Source: Asterias rubens | Lineage: Eukaryota | DNA length: 64,000 nt | Direction: 5' to 3' | NCBI RefSeq assembly: GCF_902459465.1 | Contig: NC_047081.1 | Location: 10,540,001 to 10,604,000, forward strand | Part shown: positions 38,710-50,500 of the stretch, one piece after another | Layout: each line of letters opens with the position of its first letter | Position numbering within the stretch: the first letter of the stretch is position 1 | Position numbers and translations under genes: made by a program | The notes under the pieces: model-generated | The model's database searches: none | Told to the model about the DNA's origin: nothing | Seen by the model: only the letters and a program-made list of their open reading frames with translations

Positions 38710-41700
38710 ATGGAGGAAATCAGCCCAATTAAGGACGGAGCTAGCAGACTCGACAACCAAGACGAAGCAGGGGAGACCCACGATGAACAGGAGGAAGCGA
38801 TCGAGGAGATTGAGGAACATCAAATATCCAAGAGAGAGCTGAAGAGGAGGATTAAGAACGTAGATTGGAAAGAGAAGAGGATGGCTAAGAGGTAAGTAGA
38901 TTGGATGGGTTGCAAGGAGGTTAAGGGGGATGGAACATGGGGAAGGGAGGTCTAACAAGCCACCAGAGCCAATTTTATAAAGATGTTTAATGACATTCAT
39001 GACATTCATTCAATGTTTGTCTCTGCAGGTTAAAAGAGCGGGAACGAAGGAGGCAGAAAAAACAACAAAAGAGCGCAGAGTCGGCATCGGATGCAGCTTT
39101 GGAATTGACGGAGGATGGTGGCGCTGTTATTAAGAAGCGTCGCATGAAGGACCCGGAGGCCAGTGACATCAGAGTCGCTATCGATTGCACATTTGATGAC
39201 CTCATGAATGACCTGGTATGCATTTATTTTAATTTTTGTTGGGCTTTGGATTCAAGATGTCCATGACTTTAATGCCTGGTTCGAACTTCCTGGTGAATCT
39301 GAATGCAATATGAATTTTGACATTACAAACTGGCAACGAAGAATTTGTAATAGTTTGTAAACACTTGCTGCGAAAACAGCCCTGTGACGGCAAAATTTGT
39401 ACCGCAATTGCAGGAAGAATGAACTGGGTTGAAGACTTCGTTTACACTAGATCCAGAAGGTGGATCAGAACCAAATTAGGGCCTTATTTCATGCGCTTAC
39501 GAATTCTGCACTTCCAATCACCATTCTCTGTCAACTATGCAAGCACTAAATATCGGCGCAGCTGAATAAGCCTAGTAATGTGCCATTATGGACACACGAG
39601 CACAAGGACTACTAAGGACATTTTATCTGTGCTCAAGAACACAAGTGTCATGACCGAGATTCAAACCCACACTTCGAGGACGTTACCACCAGGACTTGAA
39701 TTCAATGCTCTCAACCACTTGGCCATGACACCCTAATCCATGACTCTACCTTTGAACTTATCGAATGTACAAAAGTGAATTTTGAGGTATGGACTAGTAA
39801 ACTTATTTTGTGTTTCATCTGTTGCCAGGATATGAAGAAGCTCTGCAAGCAGCTGCAGAGATGTTACGCCGAGAATCGCAACGTCAACAACAAACCAGTG
39901 CAGTTCTACATCTGCGGCCTCGCGGGACGATTCCAAGAGATCAGTGATCACGTCATCAATGGCTACAAGAGCTGGGATGTAAGTCAGCCTCGGCGGCATT
40001 TCACTTTCGTAAAAAAAAATATTCCGCAAACTTTGTCACGACAAAAAAAGAAGAGCTCTACTGTCTATGACTATTTTGACATTTCTACCAATCCTGTATA
40101 ATACCTTTAATCATCCCTGGGCCCATTGTTATGGCTCTGACTACTGCCAAATTATCATCACCATTCTCCGCTTACTGTGCAAGCACCGAGTTTCTGCGCT
40201 AGTTGTAAGCGAAGAAAGATAGTAATTGGGAGTACACACATGCTCAGCGAAAAGTTCCCTGTTAACCCTTTGAATCCCTGTTACCCCTTTGAAATATGCT
40301 TGACTTGCGCAAAATTCTCTGCCTCCATAAGCGCTGAATTTAGTGCTTTAAGGCACAGGACTCTATTGGTAATTACTCAAAATAATTGTTAGCATAACAA
40401 AATCTGAAAGCACATCTGAAAGATTTTGTGGTGCCAAAATCAAGCATCTGAAAGCGCACAACCTACCTCGTGTGACAAGGGTGTTTTTTCTTTCATAGTT
40501 ATCTTGCAACTTCGATGGTCAATTGAGTTCAAATGTTCACAGGTTTGTTATTTTATGCATATATTGAGATACACCAAGTGAGAGTACTGGTCTTCGACAA
40601 TTACCAAAAGTGTCCAGTGTCTTTAAAGCAAATCCATGAAGTTGGGCCCTGAGTGAAGACAAACATGACTGAAGATTGATTGATATTTGATTTCATCGAT
40701 TAAAAAGGTCCATTGGAGAACGGACGGCCCAGAGGCGGCTTTTGGAAAGCAGAACATCGTCTACCTCGCTGCGGAATCTCCAAACATTCTGACTGAACTC
40801 CGACCTGATCGAGTGTACATCATTGGTGGACTGGTTGACCATAACCATCACAAGGTAGTTAAAAGGATTTGGGTACTTTTTCAAAATGTCCACAGATTTA
40901 CATAAAACTTACAGGTTTTGAAGATAATGATAGTGGAAAGCTTCCATTTAAATTACTTACTGAGGTGCTGTAGTTTTTGAGAAATGAGTAAAACATTGTC
41001 ATGAAAATACGTTTTTACATGCTCATAATTTTCATCTCACGAGACGAAAATTATTTTCTTGACATTGTTTTACTAATTTCCCCAAAACTACAGCACCTCA
41101 GCACATAATATTTTCAGGAAAGCTTTCTACTATCATTATCTTCAAACTGTGTAAGTTTGGTGTAAATCTGTGGACATTGTGTTTTTTGTCCGACAAAAAG
41201 TACATAGACCCTTTAAGGTCGTGTCCGAAATGGCGACTTTGGCTACAGCCTACGGCTAGATCACACACATCTGCCTATTCTTCAACACTGGCAGACGCGC
41301 TGATATTAAAAACTTAAGGGTAGTCCCAAGTTAGGCAGGGTTTTCAAACACTATGTGGACGAACACATACATTGTATGAACACTTTCTCGGTTCTGAAAA
41401 AAATTCAAATGTTTCGAATTTTTTTTTTAGCTAGCTATAGTAATTTTTTCAAATTTGTGATTTGTTGACTAGAATCATTGTTATTCCCTCGCCGTGGAGC
41501 GCGGTTGGTCTCATGCTCAGCTCCCGATCAGCGAGTACGTCAAGCTGAGAGACAGAAAAGTGCTGGTCATCAATCATGGTATGTAAAGATAAATAGGGAA
41601 ATAAACATGACACAAAAAGAGAAGACGCTCAGGCCTTGCACTAACTTTGTTCCTTAATTAGCCCGTCAGGCTAGTCAGCTGTACCTTTGACTCAGCCCGC

Positions 41701-42748
41701 ACAAATTTTCACTAGCCCTTGGTGGTGACTTGGCACTCTTGACTAGTGATTGCACGTTGGGCTAGTGTCTAAACCGAGACCTGTCACTGGTTCAAGTCCC
41801 ACTCTAGTCAAATTGTCTTTGTTCAACCCAAAGTCATTTAAAATTGACCTAGGCAGTTTCCCTTGTGGTTTATAATATTTGATAACTAAACAAGATGCTG
41901 GTCATTGTAAAAGAGATAGGGAACCTGCCAACATTATGGCTAGATAGATCAGTTTAAAGAGCACCGACACATGCATTTGGAGGTCACAGGGTCAAGTCTC
42001 CCACTAAGCAATTTTTTGGGGGGTCAGGCCCCCATAATTTCACCCAGTGAGTTTCAAAGTATGATATTTCTCGGTTACTTGAACTTGCACTTGAACACTT
42101 TTTGGTGATGATTGATTAAGTCTTCCCTGTAATTTCTGATTCAAATTTGTATTTAAACATTAATTTACAAAGTTTTTCTAACCTCCTCTTTTAAACCTCT
42201 TAACAAAACCAAGTAAAAAGTACCAAACTCTTCTTCATCTAACTGCCAAAGTGTAAAAAAAAAATGAAATGTTATTATAATTTATTCTTTATTCTCAAGT
42301 TTTTGAGATCCTTCTTGCCTTTATCAAAACCAACGACTGGAAGGAAGCATTCTTAAAAGTTCTACCCCAGCGGAAGGTAGCCGCTTTCAAAGACCTATCT
42401 GGAGCAGTCGATGGAGAGGTCGAAGGTCACGAGACAGCCGAGCCCAAAGGAGAAAATTTGGACAAATTGAGTCATGATGACAAAGAGGCTGTTCTCAAGA
42501 ACCAATCAGAAGTGGCTAATGAGGAGGTCAGAGTGCAAAGGTCAAGTGGTATTAACTTTGAGGAGATGGTTGATGCCTCGGAGAATCAATCAGAAGGGGC
42601 CAGTGAGGAGGTCAGAGGGCAAAGGTCGGATGAAAACAGAGATGAACAATCAGAAGATTTGTCAAATAGTGAGCAGGTTGCATGGACGAAAATAACGACA
42701 GGGGAAGACGGTTCATGTAAAGGTACAGACAATACTTCCAATAGGTAA
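38710..42748 (+). CDS. TRMT10A: tRNA m1G9 methyltransferase 10 homolog A (SPOUT family), about 406 aa
   Basis: Exons 38710-38891, 39029-39215, 39829-39978, 40708-40854, 41473-41578, 42300-42748 (1221 nt). Motifs: [85 protein letters not shown]. Confidence 0.95.
40352..40622 (+). mobile_element. Internally deleted copy of the same TTAA-flanked family, in TRMT10A intron 3
   Basis: TTAA-GGCACAGGACTCTATTGGTAATTACTCAAAATAATT ... CCAAAAGTGTCCAGTGTCT-TTAA. Further fragments at about 11790-11930, 22465-22680, 36237-36500, 40895-41216, 53680-53978, 54438-54650 and 55290-55460. Confidence 0.75.
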
Positions 42749-43287
42749 TTAAGATTATTTTTGACTGGCTATGTAACGCAGTAACGGGTTGGTCGGTCAA
42801 CTATTTCCTGCTATGATCATAGTTATTCTGTGCTAAGAAGATCTTACAGGGGACCTGTTACAAACAGTTCACATGAATGTGGCATTTTGGATGGTAATCA
42901 GATGTTGCCAAATACTTTGCTATATGGGTCTGTGGGATTGTGTTTTTCTCCCGGTTGTGGCCAAGAATTGTTTTGGTTGAAATAGCAAATAACCAAAACC
43001 ATGATTGGTTACAGCTGCCAAAACGCATCAATAAACTTAGTATCAACCATAGAGTTATATATAAGAACTAGAGGGCGCACTGGCCTAATACGTGACCTGG
43101 CATGCGAGCAGGCGGCCATTTTCTAAGTTACAAACACAGGCATCGCAATTAATTGTTGTCTTGAAAATTAAAATTGTTTATTTAAATTGGTGTGTTTCCT
43201 TTGTCGTTTTTGTCTATACTACTTGCACATTTTAATAAATTTTTTAGAACATTTTCAGGCAAAATTTGAACAGTAAACAAGGTGAAC

Positions 43288-45770
43288 AAAAGTTCACAAG
43301 CTATAGCCTTGTGAACTTGTAAATTTTGGCTGATAGCCTTGTGAATTTTGTAAAATTTTGGCTGAAAAAGTTCACAAGGCCTTGTGAATTTTGTCAAATT
43401 TTGGCTGAAAAAGATCACAAGGCTATGACCTTGTGAATTTGGTCAAATTTTGGCTTGAAAAGTTCACAAGGCCTTGTGAGTTTTGTAAAATTTTGGCTAA
43501 AAAAGTTCACAAGGCTATAGCCTTGTGAATTTTGTAAAATTTTGGCTGAAAAAGATCACGAGGCTTATAGCCTTGTGAACTTTGTCAAATTTTGGCTTGA
43601 AAAGTTCACAAGGCTATAGCCTTGTGAACTTTGTCAAATTTGGCTGCAAAAGATCACAAGGCCTTGTGAATTTTGTCAAATTTTGGCTGAAAAAGTTCAC
43701 AAGGCTATAGCCTTGTGAATTTTGTCAAATTTTGGCTTGAAATAACCAAGTTTGTCAAATTTTGGCTTGAAAAGTTCACAAGGCTATAGCCTTGTGAATT
43801 TTGTAAAATTTTGGCTGAAAAAGTTCACAAGGCTATAGCCTTGTGAATTTTGTAAAATTTTGGCTGAAAAAGTTCACAAGGCTATAGCCTTGTGAATTTT
43901 GTAAAATTTTGGCTGAAAAAGTTCACAAGGCTATATAGCCTTGTGAATTTTGTAAAATTTTGGCTGAAAAAGTTCACAAGGCTATAGCCTTGTGAATTTT
44001 GTCAAATTTTGGCTTGAAATAACCAAGTTTGAAATAACCAAGTTTGTCAAATTTGGCTGCAAAAGATCACAAGGCCTTGTGAATTTTGTAAAATTTTGGC
44101 TGAAAAAGTTCACAAGGCTATAGCCTTGTGAATTTTGTAAAATTTTGGCTGAAAAAGTTCACAAGGCTATAGCCTTGTGAACTTTGTCAAATTTGGCTGC
44201 AAAAGATCACAAGGCCTTGTGAATTTTGTAAAATTTTGGCTGAAAAAGTTCACAAGGCTATAGCCTTGTGAATTTTGTCAAATTTTTGCTTGAAATAACC
44301 AAGTTTGTCAAATTTTGGCTGAAAAAGTTCACAAGGCTATAGCCTTGTGAATTTTGTCAAATTTTGGCTGAAAAAGATCACAAGGCCTTGTGAATTTTGT
44401 AAAATTTTGGCTGAAAAAGCCTTGTGAATTTTGTCAAATTTTGGCTTGAAATAACCAAGTTTGTCAAATTTTGGCTTGAAAAGTTCACAAGGCTATAGCC
44501 TTGTGAATTTTGTAAAATTTTGGCTGAAAAAGTTCACAAGGCTATAGCCTTGTGAATTTTGTCAAATTTTGGCTGAAAAAGATCACAAGGCCTTGTGAAT
44601 TTTGTAAAATTTTGGCTGAAAAAGTTCACAAGGCTATAGCCTTGTGAATTTTGTCAAATTTTGGCTTGAAATAACCAAGTTTGTCAAATTTTGGCTTGAA
44701 AAGTTCACAAGGCTATAGCCTTGTGAATTTTGTAAAATTTTGGCTGAAAAAGTTCACAAGGCTATAGCCTTGTGAATTTTGTAAAATTTTGGCTGAAAAA
44801 GCTCACAAGGCTATAGCCTTGTGAATTTTGTCAAATTTTGGCTTGAAAAGTTCACAAGGCTATAGCCTTGTGAACTTTGTCAAATTTGGCTGCAAAAGAT
44901 CACAAGGCCTTGTGAATTTTGTAAAATTTTGGCTGAAAAAGTTCACAAGGCTATAGCCTTGTGAACTTTGTCAAATTTTGGCTTGAAAAGTTCACAATAG
45001 CCTTGTGAACTTTGTCAAATTTGGCTGCAAAAGATCACAAGGCTATAGCCTTGTGAACTTTGTCAAATTTGGCTGCAAAAGATCACAAGGCTATAGCCTT
45101 GTGAACTTTGTCAAATTTGGCTGCAAAAGATCACAAGGCTATAGCCTTGTGAATTTTGTCAAATTTTGGCTTGAAATAACCAAGTTTGTCAAATTTTGGC
45201 TAAAAATGATCACAAGGCTATAAAAGATCACAAGGCCTTGTGAATTTTGTAAAATTTAGGCTTGAAATAACCAAGTTTGTCAAATTTTGGCTTGAAAAGT
45301 TCACAAGGCCTTGTGAAGTTTGTCAAATTTTGGCTGAAAAAGATCACAAGGCTACACCCCTTGTGATCTTTGTAAAATTTGGCTGTAAAAGATCACAAGG
45401 CCTTGTGAATTTTGTCAAATTTTGGCTTGAAAAGTTCATTATACTTTATAGCCTTGTGAACTTTGTCAAATTTCGGCTTGAAAAGATCACAAGGCTGTAT
45501 ATAGCCTTGTGAAGTTTGTAAATTCTTTGCTTTTTGCTGAAAAAGATCACAAGGCCTGGTGAACGTGTCAATTTTTGGCTGGAAAGTTCACAAGGCTGTC
45601 TTGCCTTGTGAACTTTGTCAAATTTTGGCTGAACTTCGTCAAATTTTTGCCTTGTGAATTTTGTCAAATTTTTGCTTTTTGCTGAAAAAGATCACAAGGT
45701 AATGAATAGCCTTATGAATTTTGTCAATTTTTTGCTTAAAATGTCACAAGATCAAAAAGATCACAAGGCA
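43288..45770. repeat. About 2.5-kb satellite array of ~42-48-bp units built on a palindrome
   Basis: Main unit AAATTTTGGCTGAAAAAGTTCACAAGGCTATAGCCTTGTGAATTTTGT(A/C). Short variant ...GATCACAAGGCCTTGTGAA... An insert TTGAAATAACCAAGTTTGTCAAA recurs. Both array edges are degenerate. Confidence 0.97.
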
Positions 45771-46543
45771 GTCAAAAATTCTGTAAAATGCTTTCATTTA
45801 AAACGATAAGGGGTAAGCTTTGCATGTTACAATTTTGTTCTTTATTTGCATAAAAAAGTGTTAAATTACCTTGAAATGTTTTTATCAAAAACAAGATGCT
45901 TAAAAGTAAAACAACTCTGCTCTAATAACAAATGTGTTTTAAAAACTGTTATTAGTGTTAAGAAAAACCTTGCATTTTGTTTTTACTTATACATCCCAAT
46001 ACACAACAATGCATGCACACACAAAGTTAAATATACGTAAGGCAGTGAGTTAAAAGCTGAATGTCTGTACATTGTACAACAATTTTGAGTGTTTGGAATT
46101 TAACGTAAACGCTCTCAAAACACAACAAAGTACAATGTGATAAATATTGCGCATAAAATATTAAAAAACTTTTTTTAGAAACTTTTTAAAACAGGAGTTA
46201 TTGTCATCACAGAACTATACATTATGCACAGGGAATCCTATTTATGTACAACTTCTTTAGTTTTGATACAACTAAAACAAAACTTTAAATAACAATTCTA
46301 GGGTCACTCTTGTAAACTTACCAAGAGTTTATGGTATCTGATATTCTAAGCTTAGAAGTCTGTGCTTACAACCAATGGAGATACCCAATTGCATGGCTCT
46401 TCTTACAATAAGTTAAGAATCAGCTTTTTCATCAAGCGAATTTTAACGCACTTGCGCACTCCTTGCTACTAGGCAGTCGCTGCTTACACAGCTAGCATAG
46501 AAATTCAGCATGGTGAGAGCCATGTAACTGGGCCCAGCTTTAA

Positions 46544-46933
46544 AGACATTGGACACTATTGGTAATTGTCAAAGATCAGTCTTCTCACTTGGATTATCTC
46601 CACATATGCATAAAATAACAAACCTGTGAAAATCTGAGCTCAATTGGTCGTCGAAGTTCATGAAGTTGCGAGTTAATAATACAAGAAAAATACCCTTGTC
46701 ACACAAAGTTGTGTGCTTTCAGATGCTTGATTTCGAGACCTCAAGTTCTAAATCTGAGGTCTCAAAATCAAATTCGTGAAAAATTACTTCTTTCTCGAAA
46801 ACTACTCCACTTCAGAGGGAGCCGCTTCTCACAATGTTTTTTACTACTGTACCAACCTCTCCCCATTACTCTTACCAAGTAAGGTTTTGTGCTAAAAATT
46901 ATTTTGAGTCTTTACCAATAGTGTCCACTGCCT
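46544..46933 (-). mobile_element. TTAA-flanked non-autonomous DNA transposon (Kolobok/piggyBac-type termini), abundant family
   Basis: TTAA-AGACATTGGACACTATTGGTAATT ... CCAATAGTGTCCACTGCCT-TTAA. Reverse orientation relative to the copy at 57713-58094. Confidence 0.8.
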
Positions 46934-47555
46934 TTAAAGGGCATCGTTAACATAGAATTTGATGGTAAGTAGGGTAATGAAACTAGGGTCAGGCTATCTA
47001 GAAATTCTGTTCTATCTCTACATAATAAACTTAAAGGCACCTTGGAACACCATTGTGTCTCTTGCTGAACTTTCAATACTGACTTGAGCCAAGTCTACAG
47101 AGCATTCCATTAAAATTGTACAAAAAATGCAATTAATAGTTTCTGTACACACGTGACTTGAGTGTAAAGGGAATGCCCATTGGCTGAAAAAGTCGGTGGT
47201 AAAATTTACAACACACTCTTTTGAGTAGTGATTTTATGTACAGCATATTCAACTCTTTGAACAAATATATAGTGCTTTTGAAGTAAACACAATAAGGAAA
47301 ACAATAATGACTTTAAAATTATCTCTGTGAAAGCAGTAGGTGCAACGAGTGGGGGGTTCATAGTGGAACCTCAGCAGCTGCCATCTTTGTCTGTAACCCC
47401 ATGCTCAATAACATTAAGTCAATACTGATTTTCATAACACCAACACAGGGATCAGACTATTTTTGCCTCTGGCCTATGTGCTGATTCCAGTGAAAGAAAA
47501 AAACCCAAAATGACATCGCCATGATAAAAGTCTACAACGGACGAGCAAAGGTGGC

Positions 47556-50500
47556 TCAGTTAGTTGTTGTAGCTTCTTCAGGTTTCCAGGATTGGGGCTC
47601 TGTAGGCGTCGAGACAAAACGCATCTTGGGAGTTTTTGGAGGAGGGACATCTCCAGCTCGGGATTTTGACCTTGTGACGGGGCGCTGCGGGTGGTCGATT
47701 TTGAAGATATCGGGCTTGCCACTCTTCTTTCTTAATGCTTGATGATCTGTCAAAACAAACAAAGAGAGAGAAAATAAACAAACAGGTCAGGTTAATAGTG
47801 AAATAGACGCTTCTAAAATGGCCGCGATTGAATATTGCTAAAATTTCGTTAAAAAACAGCACTTCACGAACTTTATGATTTTTCAAACCACACACACTTA
47901 GTACTTTCCTGCTGAAAGTAAGTCCACAATCCTCTGCATTTTAGATCTGGGTCCAACTTCATGCTCATAGCTCAACTTCTCGTAACTCAATGGGCTGTAA
48001 GCGCAGAATTCTGCACGATTCGACAATAGCGTCATACTTCCAACGCTTGCTCATTATTTACCAAAGACTAAAATCTGACTAAAAGCTCTATGTGCTTGGT
48101 GAAACCAAACCAGTTGGTAACCAGCCATAGGCATTGAAACATGGTTGTCACTCTTTCTGCTAACCATCTGCACTAATCATTTTGTAAGAAACAAAGCCAA
48201 TTTTCCCAGACTTTTTCTTATTTTTGGTCTTCATAGACCTGTTTATCAACAGTCGCCTTTTTCCCCCACTCACCTTCCTGTTCGTAGGAGTATCTAGAAT
48301 AGCCATTAGGTGTTCCCATTCTTCTCTCGTCCTTCTGCGTCGGGTCCGGTCTGTCCAGCTCCCCGTACCCATTCTGGAGGATCATGTTGGGTGGGGGTTG
48401 GCTGTGAGGGCGCTCTAAGGGTGCGTAATACTCTTGGCTCTGCGTGCGTTTCCAGTAATCGGACTCGTTTGTGACGGCACCACGGATCATGTCCAGCACC
48501 AGCTCTTTTTCTGTAGAAGCAAATAATAAAATTTGGAATAGGAGTTTTTTGATCAACAATCTAAGGTCCATGACGACCATGGCTGCATCAAATCAAAACC
48601 ATCCTTGTTTAGCGAGGTGACAGCAGGCACCAACCGCATCTCTGTATGCAGCAATTGTGAATGGCCACCAACTCTCAGAATTCTGATGAATTGTTTCTCA
48701 GATCAAAATGTTTTTGGGTGAAATTTATTTCTCAAAAAAGTTTATACCATCATCAGCTGCAGTGCTTCTCACCCATGTAATTTTGTACGGTCAACTTTTG
48801 GAGTATTTGCCAATCTACATCGTTGCATATAAGTCCTTAGATTTTGGAAAGCAAATTATCAAAAGCATTTTACGAGGAACACTTGCCCAACCATCTTGGT
48901 TTTGACACAAAATAACAGAGCAAAATTAAATTCTAAAATTAAAAAGCTAAATTAATTCCATAAGCCAACAAAAAGAATTTCCATCGAACTAAAGGACTAA
49001 ATCCATCGATCAATTCTGGAGTAAAATTTAATCAATTTTTCCATAGTAATAATGGAGCACTTACCTCTTTCTCCTGCCGAACACAGCCATGATTGAACGG
49101 CATTGATGGAATCTGTCTGCAGTATCTGACATAGCATCTCCATAACCTGCACACAAGGAGATAAACAAACAGAGATGAAAAACTGAAGTGATATTCTCTT
49201 GATATTTGGAGCTCTAACAATGAGATGGGTAGAAATTTCTACGCACCAGGTCATAGCTCTTACTCCGACATGCATGCCAGATGTCATGCAATTCTTACAT
49301 TAACAGGGGTGGATTTCACAAAGGTAGTCCTAACTTAGGACTAGTCCTAGGCAATGCTAAGAGATAGGACCAGTCCTAAGTCCTAACTTAGGACCAGTCC
49401 TATCTCTTAGCAGTCCTAGGCAATGCTAAGAGATAGGACCAGTCCTAAGTCCTAACTTAGGACCAGTCCTATCTCTTAGCATTGCCTATAGTCCTAACTA
49501 AGGACCAGTCCTATCTCTTAGCATTGCCTAGGACTAGTCCTAAGTTAGGACTACCTTTGTGAAATCCACCCCAGGCATGATATTTGGTTCTTAGAACAAA
49601 GTAGGAAAATAATTTGGGGGAAGGAAGAGTTGACCTACTTGTTCATCCATTGTTAGTTTAGGAGCCTAATACATTTCCAGGCTATTTAATCACAAATTTT
49701 CTGATTTTTCCCAAGGGTAAAAAACTGTACGCTCCAGGAAGCTGAGATGGTTTTTGGAATGAATTGAATGGCCCTGTGAATGAATTAAATGGCCCTGTGA
49801 CCAGGGGTAATAATGTTGAAAGTGCTTCGAGGCGCCCTTTGGGTGTATAAAGTGCTAGATAAAAACCAACTATTCTTATTCTAAAACCATCTAGATCTTC
49901 TAGAACACCCTTGAACTTACCAGGGCCTCCTGGTCCATCTCCGGTACGATGTGCTGGAACAGATCCCTCGGTCGTTGTTTCTGACGGGAGAAACCACGAC
50001 TCATCGCCCTGGATGGTGGGGGAAGAAGCCTCCCAGTCTCGGCCGAGTAGACGCTGGTTCGTCTCGGCTGGACTTCTTGCTGTTCCTTGATCTCCTTTGG
50101 GAGACCCATACCTGCTTTCTCTGTGAGCTGACGCAACTCCTCACGCCAAAGGTCCGTAATGGGTACTATGCATCGTAGAAAATAAACAATATTACAGAAA
50201 CTGTGTTGTTTTGTTTCTCCTGCCTTTTTTTTTATTAAACGGCGCTTACTTTTGATTGTGATTGTAAAATTTGATTTTAACAACTTGCATTAGCCCTCCG
50301 ACTCTTGAAACATTTTCCAACCAATGACCAACCGTTGGAAACCATCCAAGTACTAGAGTGATTGATAGTGAATGGTGGTTACAACTGTGACATAAAATGG
50401 TCAAACAGTAGAAGGGTTAATGTTGGGTTTCACACTTTTTTGTGATGTGGTTTTTGTTTTTTTTCCACTAGTTCAAGGTGTGTTGAAAAGAAATCAAATC

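Noticed and set aside
45005-45667. Repetitive ORFs (VNFVKFG...)
   Set aside because: Translation of satellite units; no splice or start context.
43288-45770. CRISPR-like array of palindromic repeats
   Set aside because: No unique spacers (inter-palindrome sequence is itself repeated), no cas genes, eukaryotic context. It is a satellite.
48218-48273. SPATIAL exon extending to a donor at 48239 or to the stop at 48218
   Set aside because: Phase-0 joining to the last exon gives an immediate stop. The strong phase-1 donor GAAG|GTGAGT at 48274 restores the frame.
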